Assembly: GCA_016181405.1 (NCBI GenBank)
Contig: JACOZJ010000003.1
Coordinates: 42,749 to 106,748, forward strand
Direction of reading: 5' to 3'
DNA length: 64,000 nucleotides
Source: Candidatus Wildermuthbacteria bacterium
GTDB lineage: Bacteria > Patescibacteriota > Minisyncoccia > Minisyncoccales > UBA10102
Of this stretch, positions 8,778-17,978 are shown piece by piece (position 1 is the first letter of the stretch; the number at the start of each line of letters is the position of its first letter). The position numbers and the translations under genes are program-made. The notes beneath the pieces are model-generated. The model saw only the letters and a program-made list of their open reading frames with translations. It made no database searches and was not told the origin of the DNA.

Positions 8778-9191
8778 ATGTCACGTGTTTTACCCGAAAA
8801 AATCTCATATGTTGAAGCGGTAGGACGGCGCAAAACCTCCACTGCAAGAATTCGGCTTTCCTTGTCCGACAAACCGCAATTCGTGGTGAACGAAAAACCT
8901 CTTGAGGAATATGTGCAGGAGGCTGCGTATCAGACCATTGCTAGAGAATCTTTAGAGAAGGGGAGTCCGGGGAAGAGTTTTGCCGTGAGCGTACTCGTGT
9001 ATGGTGGAGGGCCTCATTCGCAGGCAGAAGCTATTCGTCAAGGGCTTGCGCGGGCGCTTGAAAAAATGGATCCAGAACTTCGGCCGAATTTGAAAACTCT
9101 TGGATTTCTCACGCGCGACTCCAGAATGCGCGAACGGAAAAAGTTCGGCCTCAAGCGCGCCAGAAGAGCGCGTCAGTGGAGAAAACGATAG
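8778..9191 (+). CDS. rpsI: 30S ribosomal protein S9
   Basis: ...AVGRRKTSTARIRL...GGGPHSQAEAIRQGLARAL...KKFGLKRARRARQWRKR; ATG at 8778. Confidence 0.93.
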   Translation: MSRVLPEKISYVEAVGRRKTSTARIRLSLSDKPQFVVNEKPLEEYVQEAAYQTIARESLEKGSPGKSFAVSVLVYGGGPHSQAEAIRQGLARALEKMDPELRPNLKTLGFLTRDSRMRERKKFGLKRARRARQWRKR

Positions 9192-9215
9192 TTTTCGACA
9201 TTATGCTGTTTCACT

Positions 9216-9242
9216 CCCGCCCCTTACGGGCGGGTTTGGTTT
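9216..9242. terminator. Hairpin cccgccc-cttac-gggcggg plus T-run between convergent rpsI and the PEGA gene
   Basis: Read directly from the sequence. It lies between two convergent stop codons. Confidence 0.6.
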
Positions 9243-10557
9243 AAGGCAGGAGTTTTTCGGAGGCGCGGATTTGGGCACCACTATACGCGAGGAGAGTGTT
9301 TTCATTTTCCTGCCAGACGAGTGTGGGGTTGGGAAATGAACCAAGGTCTACGATATTAAGGTGATCTCGCGTATCAATTTCCGATACAACAATTGTATCG
9401 CCGCGCGTAAAAATAAGGTAATGCGAAGTCAACCAAGTGAGATTCTTTATGTCCTCGCTGAATCTGGTAAGAAATATTCGTTCGCCCTTTGCACGCGCAG
9501 GCTGCTCCCGGTCTTCTTCAAAATAGTATAGCCACAATTCTCTTCCGCTTGACAGCGCGATCTTTTTCCCGTCGGGGCTCAGAGCCATTTCAGAAAAAGG
9601 TGTAAAGAATTGTTCAAATGCTTGTGTTTGGCGATTGAGCAGATATAATGTTTGAGCTTCCTGAATAAAGAATTCATTTTTGATCTTATAGATCGCATAC
9701 GATGTTTCCTTGCGCAGAGGGAGTGGTTTTTGGTTCAGTTGCGTAGCTTGAGAAGCGGTGTTTCCTTGCTGCCAGAGAATGCCATTTTGGGCGAGCCACA
9801 CAATGTCGTTTTCACTCTCGAGAAAAGCAGTGGCTTGTTGAACGCGTGGATCAACAATGTATTTCTCACGTAGTTGTGCGGCGGTTTGGAGTGTTTTTTC
9901 AAAAGTTGGCTGCGTGAGCAAGCTGCGGTCGATCCGCTGAACAAAGCTTTGTGTCACTCCTGCGGATGCTATTCGCATAAGGAAAGAATTGGAATCGGAA
10001 GCCCAACGGATCTCCAGAATTTCATCCGTTGCAGAAAGCGATTTATAAAGAGGGTACTCAATGTTTCTGAGCGAATCCCAGAGCGTAAGGGTCCAACCGG
10101 TTTGCTCGCCAGCCCGCGGAGATTTTTGCATGACTGCCTCGATTTTGCGCGGTGAAGGCCAAAAGGCCAGGACTTCATTTTCGAGCACGGTAAACGCAGG
10201 ATCTACAGGCATTAAGGTAATGTGTTTTGCCTCTGTTACTTGCTTGGCAGAAACGCTTAATAGTTTTTCCCAAGGGTGATACCCTTCTTTTTGAATTCGA
10301 ATCAGGTAGGTGTCGGGAGGAAAATTCTCCGTGAGGGTAGTACCCAAAATGCGGGCAGTTCGTCCAGTTAACTGCCCATTTACAAATACCTCCGCGCGTG
10401 TTGGCGTGACGCTAAAGTAAAACGCGCCCACCTGAGAAAACCATTGTTCCCGCCAGTCTAGTCGGTAGCCTTGAGAATATAAGATTAAGAGGGGTGTGGT
10501 GAGAAGAAAAAGGATCCCCAGCAAAATGAATAGCGATGTCCGCGCGCGTTTGCTCAT
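9241..10557 (-). CDS. Membrane-anchored PEGA-domain protein with a TolB-like (SPDGKK...) C-terminal repeat region
   Basis: TM segment SLFILLGILFLLTTPLLIL, then a PEGA-like AEVFVNGQLTGRT...YLIRIQKEGYHPW. I chose the start MSKRAR at 10557, which is 7 nt after a TATAAT on the minus strand. Confidence 0.65.
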   Translation of the reverse strand: MSKRARTSLFILLGILFLLTTPLLILYSQGYRLDWREQWFSQVGAFYFSVTPTRAEVFVNGQLTGRTARILGTTLTENFPPDTYLIRIQKEGYHPWEKLLSVSAKQVTEAKHITLMPVDPAFTVLENEVLAFWPSPRKIEAVMQKSPRAGEQTGWTLTLWDSLRNIEYPLYKSLSATDEILEIRWASDSNSFLMRIASAGVTQSFVQRIDRSLLTQPTFEKTLQTAAQLREKYIVDPRVQQATAFLESENDIVWLAQNGILWQQGNTASQATQLNQKPLPLRKETSYAIYKIKNEFFIQEAQTLYLLNRQTQAFEQFFTPFSEMALSPDGKKIALSSGRELWLYYFEEDREQPARAKGERIFLTRFSEDIKNLTWLTSHYLIFTRGDTIVVSEIDTRDHLNIVDLGSFPNPTLVWQENENTLLAYSGAQIRASEKLLP

Positions 10558-10627
10558 TGCACCCATTATAAACACACACAAGCGCATTTGCAAAAAGGCT
10601 GGACTGCGGGTATAATAAGGCATTCGT

Positions 10628-11911
10628 ATGGAGCAATTTGTTATTCAAGGCGGCAAGCCTTTGCGAGGCGCAATAGATGTGCGCGGCGCGAAAAATGCGG
10701 CATTTCCAATTTTGGCCGCTACTATTTTAACTGATGAAGATTGCATTGTTGAAAATCTGCCTCTCATTGAAGATGTGTACCGTATGCTGGAAATTCTGGA
10801 AGGAATGGGAGCGAAAGTGGAGTGGCTTGGTGAGCGAACAGTCAAGATAAACACACAAGTGCTCGATCCCGCAAAAGTCAAAAAGGATATTGTGGCGCGT
10901 TTTCGCGGATCAGTTCTTTTAATGGGGCCTTTACTCGCCAGGTTTGGAAAAGTAAGTTTGCCTCGGCCCGGGGGCGATATTATCGGCGCTCGCCCCATTG
11001 ATACGCACCTCGACGCTTTTTCACAGCTTGGTGTAAAGATTCTTGCGTCGAACGGAAAAGTAGTATTGGAGAAACCGGAACGTTTGACCGGCGACAGCAT
11101 AATTTTAAATGAATTTTCTGTGACTGCTACGGAAAATGTGCTGTTGTTCGCGGCAGCGTATCCGGGTATTATTACGATAAAAACTGCTGACCAAGATTAC
11201 CCAGTTCAGGAGTTAATAAAGGTATTGGAGTTCATGGGAGCAGACATTAAGTTGTCTGCTCTGCACATGATTGAGGTGCGGGGGAAGCAGCACTTGGGCG
11301 GAATGGCACATAGGCTGATGTTTGATCCAATTGAAGCTGGCACTTTTATCGTGATGGCAGCCGCGGCAAAAGGCGAGGTTCTCGTGCAGAATGTGGAAAC
11401 AAGTTTCCTCGAACTTTTTTTGAAAAAATTGAAAGCATTTGGCGTGCCTATGCAGATTGAGGCGAAAGCGGGTGGCGGAGGTTTGGCAGACGTAAAAGTG
11501 CTGCCGTGGAAAAAGCTCAAGATAGACTCTATACAAACATTTATTTACCCTGGCATCCACACTGATCTGCAAAGTCCTTTGGGGGTGCTGGCAACACAGG
11601 CAGCTGGATCAACATTGCTTCATGATCCCTTGTACCCTGGCCGCTTGAAATATCTTGAAGAACTAAATAAAATGGGGGCTGAAATCTATATCGCCGACCC
11701 GCACCGAGCAATTATTAACGGACCATGCCGCTTGTTTGGCACTGACTTGGGAACATTTGACTTGCGGGGAGGCGCCGCTATGATTATCGCCGCATTAATC
11801 GCGAAAGGGAAGAGTACTATTAGTAATATCTACCAAGTGGATAGGGGATATGAGAAAATCGAAGAAAGATTACAGAAATTGGGTGCGGATATAAAACGAA
11901 TAACCGTTTGA
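10628..11911 (+). CDS. murA: UDP-N-acetylglucosamine 1-carboxyvinyltransferase
   Basis: 427 aa; MEQFVIQGGKPLRGAIDVRGAKNAAFPILAATIL... is the typical MurA N-terminus. Confidence 0.93.
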   Translation: MEQFVIQGGKPLRGAIDVRGAKNAAFPILAATILTDEDCIVENLPLIEDVYRMLEILEGMGAKVEWLGERTVKINTQVLDPAKVKKDIVARFRGSVLLMGPLLARFGKVSLPRPGGDIIGARPIDTHLDAFSQLGVKILASNGKVVLEKPERLTGDSIILNEFSVTATENVLLFAAAYPGIITIKTADQDYPVQELIKVLEFMGADIKLSALHMIEVRGKQHLGGMAHRLMFDPIEAGTFIVMAAAAKGEVLVQNVETSFLELFLKKLKAFGVPMQIEAKAGGGGLADVKVLPWKKLKIDSIQTFIYPGIHTDLQSPLGVLATQAAGSTLLHDPLYPGRLKYLEELNKMGAEIYIADPHRAIINGPCRLFGTDLGTFDLRGGAAMIIAALIAKGKSTISNIYQVDRGYEKIEERLQKLGADIKRITV

Positions 11912-11920
11912 CTGAAAGTT

Positions 11921-12928
11921 ATGTTCATTAGCAAAATCGGCATCGACTTGGGTACATGCAATTCACTGGTTTTTGTTCCCAAAAAGGGAGTGGTGTTGTG
12001 CGAACCTTCGGTTGTTGCAGTTTCTTTGGCCGATAATCGCATTCTGGCGGTAGGGGAAGCGGCCAAAGAGATGACCGGGCGCACTCCAGATACTATTCAG
12101 GTATACCGGCCCTTACGGGATGGCGTGATTGCGGATTACCGGGTGACCTTGGCTATGATTCGATATTTTTTGCGTCGTATTATTCCGAAATACCAATTTA
12201 TAAAGCCGGAAGTATTGGTTTCCGTGCCGGCCGGAATCACCTCAACTGAACGCCGCGCCGTGATTGAAGCTACGCATCAGGCTGGGGCGAGGGCCGCGTA
12301 CGTGGCAAAGGAACCCATACTGGCTGCGATTGGGGCTGGTATTCCAATAAACTCTTCTTCGGGGCATATGATTGTGAATATTGGCGGAGGCACTACCGAG
12401 GTTGCGGTTATCTCCTTGGGGGGCGTTGTGGTGGCAACATCGTTGCGTGTAGCCGGCGACAAGATTGACGAAGCAATTTCAGATTACATCAAAAGAAGCC
12501 ATAACCTTGCGATAGGGGAAACGACCGCCGAAGAAATCAAAATAAAAATTGGGACCGCAATGCCTGAAAAAACAGAAACCGTGATGGAAATCCGTGGGCG
12601 CGACTTGATTCACGGACTCCCCAAAAATATCAAGATTTCTTCCAATGAACTGGCTGTGGCTATCCAAGAACCACTCGATGAGACCATCGCTACTATCAAA
12701 ACAGTACTTCGTGAAACGCCGCCTGAACTCTCAGCCGATATTATGGATAAGGGAATGATTTTATCGGGCGGAGGCGCTCTTTTAAGAAACATTGATCAGC
12801 GAATTTCCCAGGCAATCGGAGTGCCGTGTTTTGTGGCAGATGATCCATTGACATGTGTGGCGCGCGGTGCGGGCGTCGTGCTCGATAGCTTGGATATTTT
12901 CAAACAAAGCATTATGAGCAAGCGGTAA
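11921..12928 (+). CDS. mreB: Rod-shape determining actin homolog MreB (copy 1)
   Basis: IGIDLGTCNSLVFV...EPSVVAV...GGGTTEVAVISLGG... Confidence 0.92.
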   Translation: MFISKIGIDLGTCNSLVFVPKKGVVLCEPSVVAVSLADNRILAVGEAAKEMTGRTPDTIQVYRPLRDGVIADYRVTLAMIRYFLRRIIPKYQFIKPEVLVSVPAGITSTERRAVIEATHQAGARAAYVAKEPILAAIGAGIPINSSSGHMIVNIGGGTTEVAVISLGGVVVATSLRVAGDKIDEAISDYIKRSHNLAIGETTAEEIKIKIGTAMPEKTETVMEIRGRDLIHGLPKNIKISSNELAVAIQEPLDETIATIKTVLRETPPELSADIMDKGMILSGGGALLRNIDQRISQAIGVPCFVADDPLTCVARGAGVVLDSLDIFKQSIMSKR

Positions 12929-12943
12929 TTTTGCAAAACACAA

Positions 12944-13681
12944 ATGGTTCAAAATCCACAAGTGGATAAGCAATCATTGTTAAAGAGATTAGCCGAACGG
13001 GGAGGACTATCGCATGCGTATCTGTTCTCTGGGAACGATGAAAAGCAGAAAGACGCATTGGTAGCAGATCTCGTCGCATCGCTTCACATTCATGCAGAAG
13101 ACCGCATTATTCTTGAACCGGTTCAAGACGAAATCACTATTGTACAGATACGCGAACTCTCTTCGTTTTTCAGTATGACTGCGTGGAACTCCACGCATAA
13201 AGTTGCGCTTCTCCGCCATGTGCATACCATGAATCGAGAAGCGCAGTCGGCCTTCCTAAAGCTTTTGGAAGAACCGAAAGGGGATGCTATATTTTTTTTG
13301 CTTACTGAGTATCCAGATATGCTTTTTGACACTATCCGTTCTCGCGCGCAAGAATTTAAGTTTTACTCATTCGTTCCGCCTGAGGTTTTCGACGATACGA
13401 TTGGTGAACTCCAGAAACTTCAGAAGGCAGATCTCGGCACGCGTTTTGGCTATGCCAAAAAACTTGCTGACGAGCCAGAACGTATTCAGCATCTTTTGCA
13501 TCAATGGTTGCTCGCAATTCGACAGATGCTTCGTACACAACTTGAGAAAAATCCTCAAGATGTCCCCGCGACAGTGCGGGCAATCCGAACTATTCAGGAA
13601 ACCCTTCTGCTTTTGCGGACTACCAATGTCAGTCCACGTCTCGCTCTAGAGCGCGTTATGCTTAACCTCGCGGCAAATTGA
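12944..13681 (+). CDS. holB: DNA polymerase III delta-prime-like clamp-loader subunit
   Basis: ...LSHAYLFSGNDEKQKDAL...NREAQSAFLKLLEEP... are AAA+ clamp-loader motifs. Confidence 0.7.
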   Translation: MVQNPQVDKQSLLKRLAERGGLSHAYLFSGNDEKQKDALVADLVASLHIHAEDRIILEPVQDEITIVQIRELSSFFSMTAWNSTHKVALLRHVHTMNREAQSAFLKLLEEPKGDAIFFLLTEYPDMLFDTIRSRAQEFKFYSFVPPEVFDDTIGELQKLQKADLGTRFGYAKKLADEPERIQHLLHQWLLAIRQMLRTQLEKNPQDVPATVRAIRTIQETLLLLRTTNVSPRLALERVMLNLAAN

Positions 13682-13721
13682 TAGCCTCGACACAGAAGAA
13701 GGACTTTGATACAATGCGGAT

Positions 13722-14279
13722 ATGTATCAAGAGATTCTCCAGACAGTGAAGCCAGAGATGGAGAAAGCCCTAGGTTTTTTTCAGGGTGAGCTGGGGAAAA
13801 TCCGGACCGGGCAAGCAACTCCTTCCTTGGTAGAAGACGTGCAGGTAAACCTGTTTGGCCAAAAGATGCCTTTGAAGCAGTTGGCGGGAATTTCTTGTCC
13901 CGACCGCCGCCAGATTCTTATCCAGCCGTGGGATAAGTCCTATGTGGAATCTATTGAAAAGGCATTGCATGCAGCGTCTTTGGGGACAAGTCCGGTGGTA
14001 GAAGGGGCTACGGTTCGTGTGCACTTGCCTCAACTCACACAGGAATATCGTGAGCAGCTAGCCAAGCTGCTTGGGGAGAAAGCGGAAGAAGCAAAAAAGA
14101 CTATCCGCAGGTGGCGGGAGAGCGCATGGGAAGAAATTCAGGAAAAAGCAAAAGAAGGTGAAGTTCGCGAAGACGATAAGTTTCGTGCGAAAGATGAGCT
14201 GCAGAAGCTCATAGACGAATATAATAAAAAAATTGAGGAGCTGGTAGAGAGGAAAAAACAGGAAATTGAAGTAGTATGA
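13722..14279 (+). CDS. frr: Ribosome recycling factor
   Basis: 185 aa; ...GKIRTGQATPSLVEDVQVNLFGQKMPLKQLAGIS... Confidence 0.93.
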   Translation: MYQEILQTVKPEMEKALGFFQGELGKIRTGQATPSLVEDVQVNLFGQKMPLKQLAGISCPDRRQILIQPWDKSYVESIEKALHAASLGTSPVVEGATVRVHLPQLTQEYREQLAKLLGEKAEEAKKTIRRWRESAWEEIQEKAKEGEVREDDKFRAKDELQKLIDEYNKKIEELVERKKQEIEVV

Positions 14280-15343
14280 CAATTTTTATTGCGCTTCTAT
14301 CCATTGGTATTTTAGTCATCCTGCATGAGCTAGGGCATTTTTTTGCCGCCAAAAAATTCGGAATAAAAGTGGAGGAATTTGGGATTGGCTTGCCTCCGCG
14401 CCTTTTCGGAAAAAAGTACGGGGAAACCATATATTCTGTAAATGCTTTGCCCATAGGAGGGTTTGTGCGCATGGAGGGCGAAGAAAAACGGAGTGACAGT
14501 CCCGACAGTTTCAGCAAAAAGCCTCTCTGGCAGCGATTTTGCGTGGTAGCAGCTGGCGTAGTGGTGTTTTGGGTTGTTGCGGTTGTCATCTTCACTCTTT
14601 TGGGCGCGACTACTGGGATTCCCACCGCACTGAATGATGAGCAAGAAGATGTGATAAATCCGCACGTGCGGGTTATCGGGATTGCGGCCGATTCTCCCGC
14701 TGCTTCTGCGGGTTTGAAAATAGGAGATACAATTACGTATGTTGCCGGCCAGGCGGTTTCCACCGTGCGCGAAGTACAGGAACTTTCTGCCGCACACACC
14801 GGAGAAGAAGTTTTGCTCAATGTTCAACGGGGTGAAAAAACTCTTGAATTATCGCTTGTCCCCCGGGAAACGCCGCCTGCAGGCGAGGGACCTATTGGGA
14901 TAGCGCTCACGAGGGCGGGTTTTGTACGATATGCATGGTATGAAGCTCCTTGGCAGGGATTGGTGCGAACGTGGCATATCACAACCTCTATTTTTGCGAC
15001 GTTTGGTACGCTTATTTCTCAAGTTACGGGTGGGAAAGGGCTTCCTGCTGGGACTCAAGTTTCGGGGCCGGTGGGAGTTGTTGATTTGCTCAAAAATTCT
15101 CTTGCGCTCGGCGTATCTTCATTTCTTAGTTTCGTGGCGATAATCTCGGTCTACCTTGCAATCTTTAATACGCTGCCGATTCCGGCTCTTGACGGGGGGA
15201 GAATGTTCTTTTTGCTGCTCGAGGGGATACGCAGGAAACCCCTTTCTGAAAAACTTGAACAGCGGCTAATTCTTATTTCGTTTTTGGTTCTTATACCGTT
15301 TATCCTTTGGGTTACGGTAAACGATATTCGCCGGCTATTTTAG
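14276..15343 (+). CDS. rseP: RIP metalloprotease RseP (M50 site-2 protease with PDZ)
   Basis: HELGHFFAAKKFGIKVEEFGIGLPP plus the C-terminal NTLPIPALDGG motif. Confidence 0.9.
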   Translation: MTIFIALLSIGILVILHELGHFFAAKKFGIKVEEFGIGLPPRLFGKKYGETIYSVNALPIGGFVRMEGEEKRSDSPDSFSKKPLWQRFCVVAAGVVVFWVVAVVIFTLLGATTGIPTALNDEQEDVINPHVRVIGIAADSPAASAGLKIGDTITYVAGQAVSTVREVQELSAAHTGEEVLLNVQRGEKTLELSLVPRETPPAGEGPIGIALTRAGFVRYAWYEAPWQGLVRTWHITTSIFATFGTLISQVTGGKGLPAGTQVSGPVGVVDLLKNSLALGVSSFLSFVAIISVYLAIFNTLPIPALDGGRMFFLLLEGIRRKPLSEKLEQRLILISFLVLIPFILWVTVNDIRRLF

Positions 15344-15350
15344 TTGTACT

Positions 15351-16595
15351 ATGCGCCAGTCCCAACTTTTTACCAAAACGCAAAAAACGCTTCCGAAAGG
15401 CGAGGAAAGCAAAAATGCCCAGCTTTTAATTCAGGCTGGGTTTATTCACAAAGAAATGGCAGGGGTGTACTCGTACTTGCCACTTGGACTTCGGGTTCTT
15501 AAAAACATAGAGCAAATTATTCGGGAAGAGATGAATGCTATTGGTGGGCAAGAGTTGCTCTTAACCGGGCTTCAAAATCCTGAAATATGGCAAACATCGG
15601 GCCGTTGGGCAGACGAGGCTGTGGACATATGGTTTAAAACAAAGTTAAAAAACGATACGGAAATTGGGTTAAGCTGGACGCACGAAGAGCCTTTAACCGC
15701 GCTTATGCGCAACCATATTTCTTCGTACCGGGATCTGCCAGTGTACGTGTACCAAATGCAAACAAAGTTTCGGAACGAGTTGCGCGCGAAAAGCGGTATT
15801 ATGCGCACGCGCGAATTTATTATGAAAGACTTGTACTCGTTTTGCAAAAATGAAGAAGAGCACAAGGCATTTTATGAAAAGGCAAAGCAAGCATACATAA
15901 AAATATTCGATCACGTTGGCTTGGGGCATGTAACCTATGTTACCATGGCTTCTGGCGGAAGTTTTGCGAAATACTCGCACGAGTTTCAAACGCTAACCGA
16001 GGCAGGTGAAGACATTATTTACATAGACGAACAAACGAAGGAGGCGGTGAACGAAGAAATAATAGACGACAAAGATTTGGGATACGACAAAAACAAGCTG
16101 CGAAAAGAAAAGGCGGTAGAGGTGGGAAATATTTTTACCCTGGGAACTAAATACTCGGAAGTGCTCGGTTTGCAGTATCAAGACGATCAAGGAAATAAAC
16201 GGCCCGTGTTTATGGGCAGTTACGGAATTGGTCCGGCTCGCGTTATGGGTACAATTGCCGAGTTATTCGCCGACGAGAAAGGTCTTGTGTGGCCTTCGTC
16301 AGTAGCGCCTTTCCTCACCCATTTACTTTGTTTGTCGGATTCAACGGAAGAAGCCGACGCGTTGTATGAGCAGTTGCAAAGTGTGGGGATTGAGGTATTG
16401 TATGATGATAGGCACGGCATGAGCGCAGGCGAAAAATTTGCCGATGCCGATTTAATCGGCATTCCCTGGCGCCTTGTTATAAGCGACAAAACACTTGCGT
16501 CAAAAAGCGTGGAAGTGAAAGCACGGCAAAGTAAAGAGATTAAGCTTGTGTCGTTGCGAGAACTGCCAAGCTATCTGCATTCGAAAATTTCTTGA
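15351..16595 (+). CDS. proS: Prolyl-tRNA synthetase, compact form without the INS editing domain
   Basis: MRQSQLFTKTQKTLPK...AGFIHKEMAGVYSYLPLG...FRNELRAKSGIMRTREF... Confidence 0.88.
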   Translation: MRQSQLFTKTQKTLPKGEESKNAQLLIQAGFIHKEMAGVYSYLPLGLRVLKNIEQIIREEMNAIGGQELLLTGLQNPEIWQTSGRWADEAVDIWFKTKLKNDTEIGLSWTHEEPLTALMRNHISSYRDLPVYVYQMQTKFRNELRAKSGIMRTREFIMKDLYSFCKNEEEHKAFYEKAKQAYIKIFDHVGLGHVTYVTMASGGSFAKYSHEFQTLTEAGEDIIYIDEQTKEAVNEEIIDDKDLGYDKNKLRKEKAVEVGNIFTLGTKYSEVLGLQYQDDQGNKRPVFMGSYGIGPARVMGTIAELFADEKGLVWPSSVAPFLTHLLCLSDSTEEADALYEQLQSVGIEVLYDDRHGMSAGEKFADADLIGIPWRLVISDKTLASKSVEVKARQSKEIKLVSLRELPSYLHSKIS

Positions 16596-16602
16596 CTCAT
16601 TT

Positions 16603-17661
16603 ATGCGATTTATCAGAAACACATTATCCCGATTGGGGAATGACATCGCGATTGATTTGGGCACTGCCAATTCGTTGGTTTATGTAAAGGGAAAGGGGAT
16701 TGTAATTCAGGAACCCACGGTAGTTGCTATTAATCAAAAGACTGGAAGGGTACTCGCTATAGGGGAGGAAGCGAAAAAAATGGTGGGGCGTACTCCTATC
16801 CATATTGTAGCAACGCGGCCGTTGGCAAAAGGCGTTATTTCGGACTTCGAGGTTACCGAACAAATGCTTAGGTATTTCATCGCCAAAGCGTGTCCCCGAA
16901 AGTTTATTTTTAGTCCCGGGCCTCGCGTAATTGTGGGGATTCCTTTTGGCGTAACGGAAGTTGAAAAAAAGGCAGTTCGCGATGCCACGCTTTCCGCCGG
17001 CGCACGTGAGGTTTTTCTCATTGAAGAACCAATGGCTTCTGCCATTGGTGCGCGGCTTGCGGTGCAGGAACCCGGAGGGAATTTCATTGTGGATATCGGC
17101 GGGGGCACTACAGAAGTTGCTGTTTTGTCGCTTGGAGGGGTGGTATACGCAAAGTCACTTCGGATTGCGGGCGATAAATTAAACGAAGATATTATTCATT
17201 TTGCGCAGGAAGAATACAAGCTTTTCATTGGAGAACGAACCGCAGAGGCGCTCAAGATTGGAATTGGTTCTGCGTATCCATTGAAAGAGCGGAAAGAAGT
17301 GCCCCTCCGGGGCAGAAATTTGGTTACGGGTTTGCCCGAAGAGATTATGGTTTCCGATACAGATATCCGCCGCGCAATGGAGCGTTCTGTGCGGCAAATA
17401 GTCAACGAAGTTAAAGCCACGGTAGAAGAAACGCCGCCCGAACTCCTCGCAGACATTATGTGCAGAGGAATTTTTCTTGCGGGAGGAGGAGCGCTCCTTC
17501 GTGAACTCGACACGCTCATTACGAAAGAAACAAAAATTCCCACGCGTATTGTAGAGGATCCTTTGACCGCGGTGGTGAGAGGTGCGGGTCTGGTTCTTGA
17601 AAATCTCGATGAACTCTGCGATGTATTGTCGGAAGCAGAAGATCTAGAGCCGCCCAGATAG
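16603..17661 (+). CDS. MreB-family actin homolog (copy 2)
   Basis: IAIDLGTANSLVYV...EPTVVAI...DIGGGTTEVAVLSLGG; ATG at 16603 inside the longer track ORF. Confidence 0.9.
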   Translation: MRFIRNTLSRLGNDIAIDLGTANSLVYVKGKGIVIQEPTVVAINQKTGRVLAIGEEAKKMVGRTPIHIVATRPLAKGVISDFEVTEQMLRYFIAKACPRKFIFSPGPRVIVGIPFGVTEVEKKAVRDATLSAGAREVFLIEEPMASAIGARLAVQEPGGNFIVDIGGGTTEVAVLSLGGVVYAKSLRIAGDKLNEDIIHFAQEEYKLFIGERTAEALKIGIGSAYPLKERKEVPLRGRNLVTGLPEEIMVSDTDIRRAMERSVRQIVNEVKATVEETPPELLADIMCRGIFLAGGGALLRELDTLITKETKIPTRIVEDPLTAVVRGAGLVLENLDELCDVLSEAEDLEPPR

Positions 17662-17664
17662 ACT

Positions 17665-17952
17665 ATGATTTCTCCCAAAGAAGTACAACACATCGCAAAA
17701 CTTGCTCGTATCGAGTTAACCGACAGGGAACTTATACAGTTTCAGAAAGAGCTTGCTGGTGTTTTGGCCTATTTTGAAATCTTGCAGGAAGTCAACGTTT
17801 CTTCCGTGGCGCCCATGACTCATTCGGTACTCTTGGAAAATGTGTATCGAAGTGATGAATTTAAGGCAAAAACCGATGACATTGCGCAGAAACTTCTCCA
17901 GATGGCCCCAGAAACAAAAAACGGATATTTGAAAGTGAAGCAAATTTTATAA
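17665..17952 (+). CDS. gatC: Asp/Glu-tRNA amidotransferase subunit C
   Basis: 95 aa; MISPKEVQHIAKLARIELTDRELIQFQKEL..., directly upstream of gatA. Confidence 0.9.
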   Translation: MISPKEVQHIAKLARIELTDRELIQFQKELAGVLAYFEILQEVNVSSVAPMTHSVLLENVYRSDEFKAKTDDIAQKLLQMAPETKNGYLKVKQIL

Positions 17953-17978
17953 AACCTACGAATTACGAATACTTGCGA

